In this document: positions 9,627-19,647 of the stretch, piece by piece | How the letters are laid out: every line of letters starts with the position of its first letter | How positions within the stretch are numbered: the first letter of the stretch is position 1 | Virus record (IMG/VR): IMGVR_UViG_3300042878_001826 | Span: 64,001-128,000 of that record | Source: a virus | Length of the DNA: 64,000 bases | Strand: one strand, 5' to 3' | Position numbers and translations under genes: made by a program | Notes under the pieces: generated by a model | Seen by the model: the letters and a program-made list of their open reading frames with translations, nothing else | The model's database searches: none | What the model was told of the DNA's origin: nothing

Positions 9627-10536
9627 AGTCTCTGTATGTTTTTTCTATTCCATCTTTCAGTGAAGTAGTATACTTCCATCCAATCCCTTCTAATCTAGAT
9701 ACATCGAGTAACTTTCTTGGTGTTCCATCAGGCATACTGGTATTAAAGTGTATTCCTCCTTCATATCCAACAACTTTTGATATACCTACTGCAAGCTCTG
9801 CTATAGTAACATCTTGTCCAGTTCCGATATTCAAAATCTCATTTCCAGAATAGTTGTTCATTAAGAATACACAAGCATCTGCTAAATCTTCTACATAAAG
9901 AAACTCTCTCTTTGGTGTTCCTGTACCCCAGATCTCTACGGATTCCTTTCCTTCTAACTTTGCCTCATGAAACTTTCTAATCATCGCAGGAAGAACGTGA
10001 GAGTTATTTAGGTCGTAGTTGTCGTTGGGGCCATATAGGTTCGTTGGCATCACCGAAATAAAGTTTGTTCCATATTGTTCGTTGTAACTTTGACACATTT
10101 TGATACCAGCTATTTTGGCAATTGCATAAGCGTCATTTGTAGATTCAAGTTCACCAGTCATAAGATATTCTTCTTTTATAGGTTGTTCACAGAACTTTGG
10201 ATAGATACAAGAACTTCCTAAAAATATAAGTTTCTTTACATCATAAGAATATGAAGACTTGATAATGTTTGTCTGTATCATAATGTTTTCGTAGATGAAG
10301 TCGGCTTTCATATCACGATTTGCTTTAATACCACCAACTTTAGCAGCAGCTAAAAAGACATATTCAGGTCCTATCTTTCTAAAGAAGTTGTCTACTTCAG
10401 ATTGGTCGAGCAGGTTTAATTTACTTTTTGACATTGTTATTATGTTTGTATAACCGAGTTGTTCAAGTCTTCTTACTATGGCGGAGCCGACCATTCCGTT
10501 GTGTCCAGCCACAAATATTCTAGAATCTAAATTCAT
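9613..10536 (-). CDS. fcl: GDP-L-fucose synthase
   Basis: IFVAGHNGMVGSA; LAAAKVGGI; LGSSCIYP; YAIAK; PTNLYGP; SHVLPA; WGTGTPKREF. Confidence 0.97.
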   Translation of the reverse strand: MNLDSRIFVAGHNGMVGSAIVRRLEQLGYTNIITMSKSKLNLLDQSEVDNFFRKIGPEYVFLAAAKVGGIKANRDMKADFIYENIMIQTNIIKSSYSYDVKKLIFLGSSCIYPKFCEQPIKEEYLMTGELESTNDAYAIAKIAGIKMCQSYNEQYGTNFISVMPTNLYGPNDNYDLNNSHVLPAMIRKFHEAKLEGKESVEIWGTGTPKREFLYVEDLADACVFLMNNYSGNEILNIGTGQDVTIAELAVGISKVVGYEGGIHFNTSMPDGTPRKLLDVSRLEGIGWKYTTSLKDGIEKTYRDYEKK

Positions 10537-10566
10537 TTATAGTTTTTACGTTTTTTAGTTATATAG

Positions 10567-10603
10567 AAAAAAAAAGAGAGAGTTTAAAACTCTCTCTTTT
10601 TTA
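10567..10603 (-). terminator. intrinsic terminator downstream of the clpC-like gene
   Basis: AAAAGAGAGAG-TTTAAAA-CTCTCTCTTTT inverted repeat with A/T tails. Confidence 0.75.
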
Positions 10604-12730
10604 TTATTCGTCTTTTTTCTTTCTTACCTTTTTGACTGGCTTTTCAAGAATAACAAATGACTTATCGTCTTCTTTGTTGTAGTCCATTAAGAAACTTGTT
10701 CCTTCTTTAGGATTGTTCTCAATGATATAGTCAGTGATGATATCATCAACCCATCTTTGAATGGCTCTCTTTAAAGGTCGAGCACCATACTTAGGATCAT
10801 ATCCTACTTCTACCAAATGCTCTTTTAAAGCTTCTGTGATTTGTGTAGGGTATCCAATGTCTGAAGCTCTTTTGATAGTCTTAACAAGCTCAAGATCTAC
10901 GATTTTAAGAATCTCTTCTTTACCTAAATCTTTGAAGTAGATAATCTCGTCAAGTCTGTTAATGAACTCAGGAGCAAACTTGTTTTTAAGTTCTTTCTCT
11001 AAAATTCCTTTAATCTCTTCTTCTCTTACGTTTTCTTTGTTCTTCGTAGAGAATCCAACACCAGTTCCAAAGTCTTTTATCAATTTAGTTCCTACGTTAG
11101 AAGTCATCAAAATGATACAGTTTTTAAAACTTACCTTTCTTCCGTGTGAATCTGTTACGTGGCCGTCATCTAACATTTGAAGAAAGATGTTGAATACTTC
11201 AGGATGTGCTTTCTCAATCTCATCAAAAAGAACTACTGAATAAGGTTTTCTTCTGATTCTATCAAGAACATTTGCGTCATCGTATCCAACGTATCCAGGT
11301 GCAGAACCTTGTATTTTAGAGATAGATATTTTATCCATATACTCAGACATATCTAATCTAATCAAAGAATCTTCTGAATCGAATAAGTATTTAGCAATCT
11401 GTTTAGCTAACTCAGTCTTACCAACACCAGAGTTTCCAATAAGCATTCCACTAAAAACTGGTTTGTTTTCGTCTTTCATACCAACACGACCTCTTTGAAT
11501 AGCTCTAACGACTTTCTTAACAGCTTCGTCTTGACCAACAACTTTACCAGAGATTTCAGTTCCCATCTTAGCAAGTCTTGTGTTTTCTTTCTCACCAACT
11601 TTCTGTAATGGAATACCAGTCATCATAGAAACAACTTCAGCAACATTGTCTTCAGTAACAGTTTGTCTGTTTCTAGAAGATTCGTCTTCCCAATCTTTTC
11701 TAGCTTTCTCTAAACTCTCATTAAGTTGACGTTCAACGTCTCTTAATTTAGCAGCTTCTTCATACTTTTGAGAACGGATAACTTCGTTCTTTTTATCTTT
11801 GATGTCAGAAATCTTTTTCTCGATATCTGTAATCTCTTTAGGAACTACAATGTTAGAGATATGAACTCTTGATCCAGCTTCATCTAAAGCATCAATCGCT
11901 TTGTCTGGTAAGAATCTGTCGGTCATATATCTACTTGTTAAATCAACACAAGCTTTGATTGCTTCTGGTGTGTATTCAACATTGTGGTGTGATTCGTATT
12001 TGTCTTTGATGTTATTCAAAATTTCCATACTTTCTTCCGGAGAAGCAGCTTCGATGATTACTTTTTGAAATCTTCTTTCTAAAGCACCATCTTTCTCAAT
12101 GTGTTTTCTGTACTCATCAAGAGTAGTAGCACCAATGATTTGTATCTCACCTCTAGCCAATGCTGGCTTGAACATATTACTAGCATCCATAGAACCTGAA
12201 GCACCACCTGCACCAATCATAGTGTGAATCTCATCGATGAAAAGAATCACATCAGGATTTTTCTCCATCTCTCCCATAAGAGCTTTGATTCTTTCTTCAA
12301 ACTGACCTCTGTATTTAGTACCGGCAACCATAGAAGCTAAGTCTAACATAACAACTCTTTTGTTAAAAAGAATTCTACTAACTTTTCTTTGTATAATTCT
12401 AAGTGCCAATCCTTCTGCTACAGAAGATTTACCAACACCTGGCTCTCCTATTAAGATAGGGTTGTTCTTTTTTCTTCTCGCCAAGATTTGAGAAACTCTT
12501 TCGATTTCTTTCTCACGTCCTACGATAGGATCAAGTTTTCCTTCTTCTGCCATCTTCGTAAGATCACGGCTATAAGTATCCAATACTGGAGTCTTTGTCT
12601 TAGCATCGGTCTTTTTGTTTCCTGAACTGTAAGAAGATTTTTCATCGTCGTCGTCGTCATCTATCGCAGACTTGATGTTAGGCAGCCTTTTAAGGTATTC
12701 GCTGTCTTCTGATTTTTTATTTTTTCCCAT
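10604..12730 (-). CDS. clpC: ATP-dependent Clp protease ATPase subunit, ClpC-like, lacking the N-terminal Clp-repeat domain
   Basis: Two AAA+ modules ([14 protein letters not shown]; [14 protein letters not shown]); UVR motif [11 protein letters not shown]; VGF ClpP-docking loop; GARPLKR. Confidence 0.9.
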   Translation of the reverse strand: MGKNKKSEDSEYLKRLPNIKSAIDDDDDDEKSSYSSGNKKTDAKTKTPVLDTYSRDLTKMAEEGKLDPIVGREKEIERVSQILARRKKNNPILIGEPGVGKSSVAEGLALRIIQRKVSRILFNKRVVMLDLASMVAGTKYRGQFEERIKALMGEMEKNPDVILFIDEIHTMIGAGGASGSMDASNMFKPALARGEIQIIGATTLDEYRKHIEKDGALERRFQKVIIEAASPEESMEILNNIKDKYESHHNVEYTPEAIKACVDLTSRYMTDRFLPDKAIDALDEAGSRVHISNIVVPKEITDIEKKISDIKDKKNEVIRSQKYEEAAKLRDVERQLNESLEKARKDWEDESSRNRQTVTEDNVAEVVSMMTGIPLQKVGEKENTRLAKMGTEISGKVVGQDEAVKKVVRAIQRGRVGMKDENKPVFSGMLIGNSGVGKTELAKQIAKYLFDSEDSLIRLDMSEYMDKISISKIQGSAPGYVGYDDANVLDRIRRKPYSVVLFDEIEKAHPEVFNIFLQMLDDGHVTDSHGRKVSFKNCIILMTSNVGTKLIKDFGTGVGFSTKNKENVREEEIKGILEKELKNKFAPEFINRLDEIIYFKDLGKEEILKIVDLELVKTIKRASDIGYPTQITEALKEHLVEVGYDPKYGARPLKRAIQRWVDDIITDYIIENNPKEGTSFLMDYNKEDDKSFVILEKPVKKVRKKKDE

Positions 12731-12762
12731 ATATTCTTTTTTGTTTTAATATGTATTGATAT

Positions 12763-13116
12763 TTATATTTTTATAATAATAAAAGTTGTTTTGTCGTCTA
12801 ATATATCATCTATGATTGTGTCTCTTCTATTTGATATGTTATGAGCGTCCAGATTCTCACATCTGATGCTCATAGATATTTTTTTACCAAAGTCTATGTC
12901 CATTGTTTTTATTCTACAATTCTGTGCCGCAAACTTTACGGTTGATATGTCAAAGCTTTTCCTTCCTTCGTATATATTTATAAATTCATCGTAGTATTTC
13001 GGATATGTACTTATGTCTAATGTAAGGTATAGAATAGCCCATTTCTCAAAAGAAAGTTGTACATCACATTCCTTTACATAGAATGTATCGTTTGCTATTT
13101 TTAACCAGTTGTTCAT
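12763..13116 (-). CDS. hypothetical protein with near-C-terminal RDxxIxxIL motif
   Basis: RRDTIIDDILDD near the end. Confidence 0.6.
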   Translation of the reverse strand: MNNWLKIANDTFYVKECDVQLSFEKWAILYLTLDISTYPKYYDEFINIYEGRKSFDISTVKFAAQNCRIKTMDIDFGKKISMSIRCENLDAHNISNRRDTIIDDILDDKTTFIIIKI

Positions 13117-13700
13117 TATGCCAGTTTTACTTTATTTGGATTTAAAAAGTCTCTAAGAAAAGCATTCTTCTCACCACCAACAAAATCTACCCAGTCAGAA
13201 TAAAGTTTTCTTTCTTTATCACTACCGTTAAGAAAGTATCCATCTTTTCTCATTTTTTCTATCTTGTTACTATTCATCATGTTATCTTGAAGATATGAGA
13301 AGTGATTTGTCATAACCCAATCTCCAAAGTCTGGATAGTCTTTTCTATTGAATACTCTTTCATCTATGATAAAAACTATTGCAGAAAGCATATCATTTAG
13401 ATCCGGTTCGTAGAACGTCGCTAGATTTACTTCATTAAGCATAAGAACTTCTAAAGTATCTTCCATCGTTCCCTGATATTCGTTTTCGTCGTGGTGATAT
13501 CTATTCATTGAGTGATTGGATGTTCCTCCATTTAGTATGATGAATGTCTTCCAATATTTGGCCCAATCAAGGTATTGTCCGACGTTGAAGTTTTCCAACG
13601 CATATTCAACTACTGCATGTCCGAATTGAATTCCTTTCTGTATCTCGCTGATATTGTAAGGAACGAATCCATACATTCTAAGTTCTAGTTCATTTTTCAT
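13116..13700 (-). CDS. peptidyl-tRNA hydrolase II (PTH2)-like phage protein
   Basis: IQKGIQFGHA; KTFIILNGG; FYEPDLN pattern. Confidence 0.55.
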   Translation of the reverse strand: MKNELELRMYGFVPYNISEIQKGIQFGHAVVEYALENFNVGQYLDWAKYWKTFIILNGGTSNHSMNRYHHDENEYQGTMEDTLEVLMLNEVNLATFYEPDLNDMLSAIVFIIDERVFNRKDYPDFGDWVMTNHFSYLQDNMMNSNKIEKMRKDGYFLNGSDKERKLYSDWVDFVGGEKNAFLRDFLNPNKVKLA

Positions 13701-13729
13701 AGATTTTATATAGTGAAAACTTCAAAAGT

Positions 13730-14215
13730 TTATTTAACCCTATTAGAAAGGCTTCTATTACTGAACTGTTTTAATCCTGTTACTTCAAGTAGATTTTTCT
13801 TTTGTATAAACTCTGGAATCTCTAACTCATAGTCTTCACTAGGTATTTCAATCTCTGCCACTATAATATGACATTTTTGAGAGAACACGTCGACTTCCCA
13901 CTTTAGTTCTCCGTCTGGATATATTCTTCTTTCTTTTGTGATGTATCTTGCATTTTGTTTTGCGGATTTACAACGCTTTACGAAATCATCAAATTCATCT
14001 TTGTCCATATCATATTCATCTTCAATATTCGAAATATCTGATATTCTAGTTTTTATCGTATGAACCCATTTAATTCCATAGATGTTAGAGTCCATTGAGC
14101 GAGCTCTTTCCCATATACCATCTACTTTAAGATACCATTGTTTTATTTTTATAACTTCCGTAGGCTTTAAATCCGGAACTGCCTTTAGTAAAAACTTTCT
14201 TTCAATCTCTATCAT
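13730..14215 (-). CDS. CYTH domain (triphosphate tunnel metalloenzyme) protein
   Basis: N-terminal EIERKFL; WEVDVF; AEIE; SN at the C-terminus. Confidence 0.85.
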   Translation of the reverse strand: MIEIERKFLLKAVPDLKPTEVIKIKQWYLKVDGIWERARSMDSNIYGIKWVHTIKTRISDISNIEDEYDMDKDEFDDFVKRCKSAKQNARYITKERRIYPDGELKWEVDVFSQKCHIIVAEIEIPSEDYELEIPEFIQKKNLLEVTGLKQFSNRSLSNRVK

Positions 14216-14657
14216 CCTCTGTGTCTTTTTTCATCCATCTTTCTACCTTCTCAAAAAAGTGAGATATAAATATAAGTCCAATAGTAAGTACTATCGGTGT
14301 TAGTGTAAGTCCCATTCCACATAGTATTCCTATGGCCGATATGGTCCAAATGAATGCTGCTGTAGTAAGTCCTATTATTTTGTCTTTATTTTGTATTATC
14401 GCTCCAGCACCTAAGAATCCAATCCCGGTTACTATAGTAGAAAGGATTCTGGTTGGATCAGATAAACTGAATTGTTGTGCTGCCAAAAAAGAAACAATTG
14501 TAAAGATACAAGATCCTACACATATAAGTATGTTGGTTCTTATACCAGCCACTTTGTTTCTTCGTTCTCTTTCCCAACCGACTAGCGCACCACATATAGT
14601 AGCAACTCCCACTTTTGGAAGTATAGTTGCAAGTGCTATTATTTCGTTTATGAACAT
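14202..14657 (-). CDS. MgtC/SapB family membrane protein
   Basis: GWERE; AGIRT; DPTRI; GIGFLGAG; GLTTAA. Confidence 0.9.
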   Translation of the reverse strand: MFINEIIALATILPKVGVATICGALVGWERERRNKVAGIRTNILICVGSCIFTIVSFLAAQQFSLSDPTRILSTIVTGIGFLGAGAIIQNKDKIIGLTTAAFIWTISAIGILCGMGLTLTPIVLTIGLIFISHFFEKVERWMKKDTEDDRD

Positions 14658-14740
14658 AAGAGTATTTATAAAAAACAGATGTTTATGTTTTGACAAAGAT
14701 ACAAAATTTAATATTAGATTTCAGATTTAATATATAATGT

Positions 14741-14971
14741 ATGGAAAACTTCATGGAAATAATGGCATACATTGGCTCACTTATCATATTGATTAGCTTT
14801 TGTACGAAAAACGTGAATCTACTTAGAGTTTTAAATAACGTAGGATGTGTTATATTTTTATTCTACGCTTTCTATCACGGAAGACTGCCGTTGATAATTT
14901 TAAATTCGATGGTGATTGTAGTAAATATGTATCACATATGGTCAGATAAAAAACAAGTAATAAAAAGATGA
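14741..14971 (+). CDS. small inner-membrane protein (YgjV-like)
   Basis: Three hydrophobic segments; LRVLN.VG. Confidence 0.6.
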   Translation: MENFMEIMAYIGSLIILISFCTKNVNLLRVLNNVGCVIFLFYAFYHGRLPLIILNSMVIVVNMYHIWSDKKQVIKR

Positions 14972-15168
14972 AATACTTGAAAAGATTCAACGAATCCAAA
15001 AAAGATAAAGTTGAAATATCTGAATTGATAAAACGTAAAAATGCTGGAGAGAAATTGACTGATGATGAAATGTATTTAGTACACCGTCATTTTTATGAAA
15101 CTAGTAAAGAATATAAAGATCATTATAATAAAATGATAAATAAATTATTAAATAAAGATAAAAAATAA
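14968..15168 (+). CDS. small protein with N-terminal MKYLKRFNE motif
   Basis: ORF track; motif shared with other late genes. Confidence 0.7.
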   Translation: MKYLKRFNESKKDKVEISELIKRKNAGEKLTDDEMYLVHRHFYETSKEYKDHYNKMINKLLNKDKK

Positions 15169-15176
15169 ATAATAAA

Positions 15177-15359
15177 ATGAAACACTTAAAAAGATTCAAC
15201 GAAGCTGTTAAGACAGAGAAAACATCTAAGAAAGATGAAATCGAAGACTTTATCGGTAAAAACAAAAAAAACAAATCTTCTTACGAAATGTATAAAGTAT
15301 TAAGAGAGAAAGGTTATACTGAAGCTAATCTTAAAGATTATTTTCACGATAACTATTAA
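15177..15359 (+). CDS. small protein with N-terminal MKHLKRFNE motif
   Basis: ORF track; shared motif. Confidence 0.7.
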   Translation: MKHLKRFNEAVKTEKTSKKDEIEDFIGKNKKNKSSYEMYKVLREKGYTEANLKDYFHDNY

Positions 15360-15374
15360 AAATAAATATACATT

Positions 15375-15977
15375 ATGTTAAAGAGTAAATCAAAAATGAT
15401 TAAACCGATTTCACTTCCTGAATACAGAGGTGATCAAGTTTATATGCACGAATTCGATATGGCCAATCCTTCTTTACCAAAAGGTTATGAAAGATGGAAT
15501 ACTACATTAAAAGAAATAGTTGCTGCTTCTCCTAAACAAACAGGGAAAGCTTATATCACTATCGATGAAAAGATTGTAAGAGCAGGTAAATCTCATAGAA
15601 GAGGTGGACCACATACTGATGGAAACTACCTATTTGGATGGGGCGGTGGCGGCGGTGGCTGGTTAACTGGTGAAGATGGAAGATTATTACCAAGAGAACA
15701 ACACGAAGAACAATATTGTTCTGAAAAGGGTGGAATGCTTATTGTTTCTTCCTATGAAGCTTGTAAAGGATGGAATGGAGAATTTGAAGGTCAGCCAAAC
15801 CAAGGTGGAGATTGCACTCATTTAGATCTTTCTAATATGAATAGCTTTAACTTAAAAAGCCATACTTTATATTGGGGAAATAGTACATTCATTCATGAAT
15901 CACTTCCATTAGAAGAAGATGTTGAAAGACAACTTGTAAGGATTACATTACCTGCAGATGCAGAAGATTTAGTATAA
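15375..15977 (+). CDS. 2OG-Fe(II) dioxygenase-like protein
   Basis: HxD in RRGGPHTDG; distal HES; RQLVR. Confidence 0.6.
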   Translation: MLKSKSKMIKPISLPEYRGDQVYMHEFDMANPSLPKGYERWNTTLKEIVAASPKQTGKAYITIDEKIVRAGKSHRRGGPHTDGNYLFGWGGGGGGWLTGEDGRLLPREQHEEQYCSEKGGMLIVSSYEACKGWNGEFEGQPNQGGDCTHLDLSNMNSFNLKSHTLYWGNSTFIHESLPLEEDVERQLVRITLPADAEDLV

Positions 15978-16007
15978 CAAAAAACCACTCATTGAGTGGT
16001 TTTTTTT
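15978..16007. terminator. bidirectional intrinsic terminator
   Basis: AAAAACCACTC-ATT-GAGTGGTTTTT between convergent genes. Confidence 0.8.
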
Positions 16008-16863
16008 ATTGATTGTTTTTATCTAAATAGTCCATTAGATTTTCCATTAAAAGAACTGCTCTTTCAAAGGGCTCTTTGTTTCTTCTTAACTCTTTATTGG
16101 CAGTGTTGTAGTCTACACCTTTATTCATATAGAATGCTTGTATAAGTTCATCAGGAACAAACACACCAGAGTATTTCATCTGAAGTACGAATGGCATAAC
16201 TACACTCTTTGGATCGATTGAAAAGTTATCAACCAAAACATCATTATAAGATTCAGGTAGATTCTTTCCTTCATAATCATCAGCACCATCATCACCGTGT
16301 GCGTAGAATCCACATACTTTTCCCTCTAAATGATTTCTCAACATATTATCATACTTTCCAGATCTGGCGAATTTTCCAGTGATATCGGCATTCTTTATGT
16401 TTCCGTCTCCCATTATCTTTTTTGCATCATCTACAGTAAGAGTTTGATTTACACAAACAAGTCTATCGAAAAGTGTTTTTATCTGAGAGCTTAGTGAGTG
16501 CCAATGTATTGGTGAGAATACTAAAAATGCGTCACACTCTTGAAGAAGTGTATAAACGTCTAGTTCTTTTAGTAAGTCTGGTTTCTTTTCATCACCTTTG
16601 AAATAGCAAGAGCATTGAAAATGACAATGATATCCACCAGATGTTGATATACACCCCTTACAAGGTTGTATGTTCGGCTTCTTAGAAAGGTTTATAGAAA
16701 GATCTATTACTTTGAAGTCTATGAATGGAGACCATTTCTCCACGATGAACTCAACTATTTTATGAGTCTTTGATTCCATTCCAGGACATGTGTCTTTGTC
16801 TCTTGGTGAACCTTGAAATAAAACCACCTTTGGTTTTCTGTCTCCTAGCTTTCTTATCTTCAT
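16006..16863 (-). CDS. flavodoxin-fold iron-sulfur flavoprotein / NADPH-dependent FMN reductase
   Basis: FQGSPR; PCKGC..C...C.C cluster; SPIHW; KTLFDRL. Confidence 0.8.
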   Translation of the reverse strand: MKIRKLGDRKPKVVLFQGSPRDKDTCPGMESKTHKIVEFIVEKWSPFIDFKVIDLSINLSKKPNIQPCKGCISTSGGYHCHFQCSCYFKGDEKKPDLLKELDVYTLLQECDAFLVFSPIHWHSLSSQIKTLFDRLVCVNQTLTVDDAKKIMGDGNIKNADITGKFARSGKYDNMLRNHLEGKVCGFYAHGDDGADDYEGKNLPESYNDVLVDNFSIDPKSVVMPFVLQMKYSGVFVPDELIQAFYMNKGVDYNTANKELRRNKEPFERAVLLMENLMDYLDKNNQ

Positions 16864-16889
16864 ATTATGTATATATTAAAAAAGTCGGA

Positions 16890-17177
16890 CTATAAATCCG
16901 GTCCTTTCAATATTTCTTCTAATCTAATATCTCGATATTCGGCGATTGCTTTTTCAACGTTGATTGCTATATTTTTTGTGTACCACTTTCTCCATTTTGG
17001 ATTTATTCTGGAAATATATTCGACTTCATATCCTATTTGATGTCGACCCGAACCGACTATTGTTCCAGGATCGAGCAGTATTTCTGGATTTATGTCGTAG
17101 TGGGGGTTCATAGTCACTTCGTGCTGGTAGATGACTCTCTTCACCGCGGTGATTCTATTCAATATATCTTTTCCCAT
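16890..17177 (-). CDS. hypothetical protein with C-terminal RDIRLEEIL motif
   Basis: ORF track; motif. Confidence 0.65.
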   Translation of the reverse strand: MGKDILNRITAVKRVIYQHEVTMNPHYDINPEILLDPGTIVGSGRHQIGYEVEYISRINPKWRKWYTKNIAINVEKAIAEYRDIRLEEILKGPDL

Positions 17178-17838
17178 CGTAGATTTTTCCTTCTATTATA
17201 GACATTCCTTCATGTTGATAGGTTACTGTCTCTTTAGATACCGCAAATCTTTTTGGTGGAATATTAGTAGCAGTACGAAATGCCCAGTTGAGCCATATAT
17301 CGAGACCGTCCCAAGTACCTGTTTTTAGTTGTCTCAAAAGATATTCTCTCGAATGTCTTGGAAACATTATACAATGTGTCATTATTATTTTATCTGTGAG
17401 ATAAAAACTTAAATAATTAGGATGTTCTTCTATAACAGGAGACCAAACTAAACCATCTACAGATCCTGGTGCACCAAAAGATACGTAGTTTATAAGATGA
17501 TCTTTACATACAGTTACCGCCTCTTTAGCCATTTCTGCAAAACGAGAATGTGGAACGGTTATTATACAATCACATTCACATATGATTATTCCATCCAAAT
17601 CTTCTGTGAATTCCTCTTCGATTGCTCTTTTAAATGATTGAAATAAGCCATAGTGACCAGGTCCGTGATTTCCGGTGTAAATAGGTATATTCTTTATGTG
17701 ACCATCACCTCGGTATATCTCATTTATATGAGGTGTGTACTCTATACCATACTCTTTGAGTGGTGAAAGAGATTGAATAGAAGCTTTCTCTCGTGTGGCT
17801 TCTATATCCGTTAGTAAATGAACTAATTTTATTTTCAT
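17155..17838 (-). CDS. putative glycosyltransferase (GT25-like)
   Basis: GHYGLFQSF; IICECDC; THCI; DIWL. Confidence 0.5.
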   Translation of the reverse strand: MKIKLVHLLTDIEATREKASIQSLSPLKEYGIEYTPHINEIYRGDGHIKNIPIYTGNHGPGHYGLFQSFKRAIEEEFTEDLDGIIICECDCIITVPHSRFAEMAKEAVTVCKDHLINYVSFGAPGSVDGLVWSPVIEEHPNYLSFYLTDKIIMTHCIMFPRHSREYLLRQLKTGTWDGLDIWLNWAFRTATNIPPKRFAVSKETVTYQHEGMSIIEGKIYDGKRYIE

Positions 17839-18158
17839 AATTTTCTTGTTTCTCCTACAAAAACCACATTGTGGTCTCTTACTAATCTTTCTAAGTGCAT
17901 GTTGTCCTTTGCATAAAGGTAGAACTTTCCTTCTTTATATGTCTCAACGAAATGATATTCTTCGTCAAATAACTCGACACCGTACAAACGATCTTCTTCA
18001 CCGATACCAACATCGGTATGGTCATTACGTTTAAGCCAAGTAAGTATTCCGGTTTGTTCTTCGTTGTTCATTATATCAATATACTTGAACGAATACATTT
18101 CGTCAAGATCATCTAATATCCAACTTTTTGAATCAACTTCAAAATATACTTTTTTCAT
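17835..18158 (-). CDS. hypothetical protein
   Basis: ORF with ATGA overlaps on both sides. Confidence 0.6.
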   Translation of the reverse strand: MKKVYFEVDSKSWILDDLDEMYSFKYIDIMNNEEQTGILTWLKRNDHTDVGIGEEDRLYGVELFDEEYHFVETYKEGKFYLYAKDNMHLERLVRDHNVVFVGETRKL

Positions 18159-18379
18159 ATTCCTATTTTGTTAAGTTTATAATCTCTTATTTCATCTAGA
18201 TTCAATTCTTTAAGATGTCTTTCATGAACAACTAAGTCGTATTCTTCATCATCGATAAAAAAGAATACTCTCATATAATATTTATTTTCAAAAGAAGCTT
18301 TATAGATACCACCGTATTTTAGAGGTTCGTAACAAAAATCCTTTATTTCTCTATCACTTGATATTACTTTAACATACAT
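18155..18379 (-). CDS. hypothetical protein with C-terminal RDYKLNKIGI motif
   Basis: Likely start MYVK at 18379; motif. Confidence 0.65.
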   Translation of the reverse strand: MYVKVISSDREIKDFCYEPLKYGGIYKASFENKYYMRVFFFIDDEEYDLVVHERHLKELNLDEIRDYKLNKIGI

Positions 18380-18380
18380 A

Positions 18381-18752
18381 TTACATTCCAATTTGTTTCT
18401 CAACCATACCTTCAAGAAATCTTTCCATTTCTTTAGACAATTCTACTTCAACATCATCAATAAGGAATCTGTTGATAGAAACCGTTGCTTCGTCTAAACA
18501 AAAATCAGATGCAGGTGGAGTCCAATAGTCGCCAGGACATTCGTCAAAGTATCCACTCAACTCAAGTGTGTATTCGATAACGATGCAAACGTCGTCGTTT
18601 CCAACAGGATTGAAAGAAATCCATTCTTCTTCTCTACAAACTGATCCATCATTTTCATAGATTAACTCACTGAAGTCTTCAGATTTTTTAAAGTCTCCAT
18701 CATAGAATGATAAGTTGTTGAAATCAATCGTGTATGTTTGGTCTAAGCTCAT
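18381..18752 (-). CDS. acidic hypothetical protein (GDYWTPP motif)
   Basis: ORF directly behind the TATATTTG box at 18769-18776. Confidence 0.7.
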   Translation of the reverse strand: MSLDQTYTIDFNNLSFYDGDFKKSEDFSELIYENDGSVCREEEWISFNPVGNDDVCIVIEYTLELSGYFDECPGDYWTPPASDFCLDEATVSINRFLIDDVEVELSKEMERFLEGMVEKQIGM

Positions 18753-18801
18753 ATCGTTTTTATTTCTACAAATATACGCAAGAAATGCCGGGTAGACAAA
18801 T

Positions 18802-19110
18802 CTATCCGGCTATTTTTTTGATCTCTGAGAATAATTTTTTCCTTGGCTCTCGATGCTTGACATCGCTAGGTATATTTTCTGAGTAGTTATGTGTACTCTT
18901 TGAACCAATGGCATCTTCTACATAGGAAGTGTATGGATCTCCGATTCCATGAATATTCCGAAGCTTTTCGTAGAGTCCTTCCCAAAGGTTCTTCGGAGTC
19001 TCGTTTCTTTTCAGAAACTCAAATATGGGTTCTTTTCCAATCTCACTTAAACTTTTTCCGGAGGCGGTGACCGCGTCGGAAAGTGTCTGCAATAGTTCTT
19101 TCGTGTTCAT
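18802..19110 (-). CDS. hypothetical protein
   Basis: ORF track. Confidence 0.6.
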   Translation of the reverse strand: MNTKELLQTLSDAVTASGKSLSEIGKEPIFEFLKRNETPKNLWEGLYEKLRNIHGIGDPYTSYVEDAIGSKSTHNYSENIPSDVKHREPRKKLFSEIKKIAG

Positions 19111-19115
19111 CTTTT

Positions 19116-19595
19116 CTATAGTATAATTGTTGTATCATATCCTTCTTCTAAAGTTGGCTCTTGATATGAGTCAATCATAGATTTGATTACGAATGGTGGT
19201 ATCCATTTGTTTTCCTTTGCATTACGGTCGATGTTTCTTCGAGTGTATTCTTCATCCGATAAGATTGGAAATACTACTGCAACTCTTGAAAAGTCCTTTC
19301 CAAAGTTTCTTAAAGTCGCCATTCTTCTTTTAACGGTCATGTTGGTCATGTCGATTATGACGCTGGTCTTTAAGTCGTTTGCTTCTTTTAATCTGGTGGC
19401 CAATACTCTGTCTACTTCTTTTTGGTCAACTTCTTTGAACGCGAGGTTGTAGTCTCTCGATCCAAATACTTCCATAACAATCTCGTCACGAGAAATGACC
19501 TGCGTGTTTGGATAGTTGTTTCTTATATAAGTAGACTTACCTGAAAGAGTAGGTCCAATTAACATCATTACAAAAGGCTCTTTAATATTTTTCAT
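19116..19595 (-). CDS. P-loop kinase, AAA_33 / polynucleotide kinase-like
   Basis: GPTLSGKST Walker A; ISRD; IIDMTN; R..R lid. Confidence 0.85.
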   Translation of the reverse strand: MKNIKEPFVMMLIGPTLSGKSTYIRNNYPNTQVISRDEIVMEVFGSRDYNLAFKEVDQKEVDRVLATRLKEANDLKTSVIIDMTNMTVKRRMATLRNFGKDFSRVAVVFPILSDEEYTRRNIDRNAKENKWIPPFVIKSMIDSYQEPTLEEGYDTTIIL

Positions 19596-19647
19596 ATATC
19601 AAAGATAAGGAATATTTTTCGAGTAACAAAATTTAATATATAAACTT

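Noticed and set aside
1-12730. Bacterial chromosome or eukaryotic giant-virus origin suggested by the glycan and clpC genes
   Set aside because: UvsX-type recombinase, gp14-like protein, T4-like late boxes, intrinsic terminators, coupled operons and dense small ORFans fit a jumbo phage
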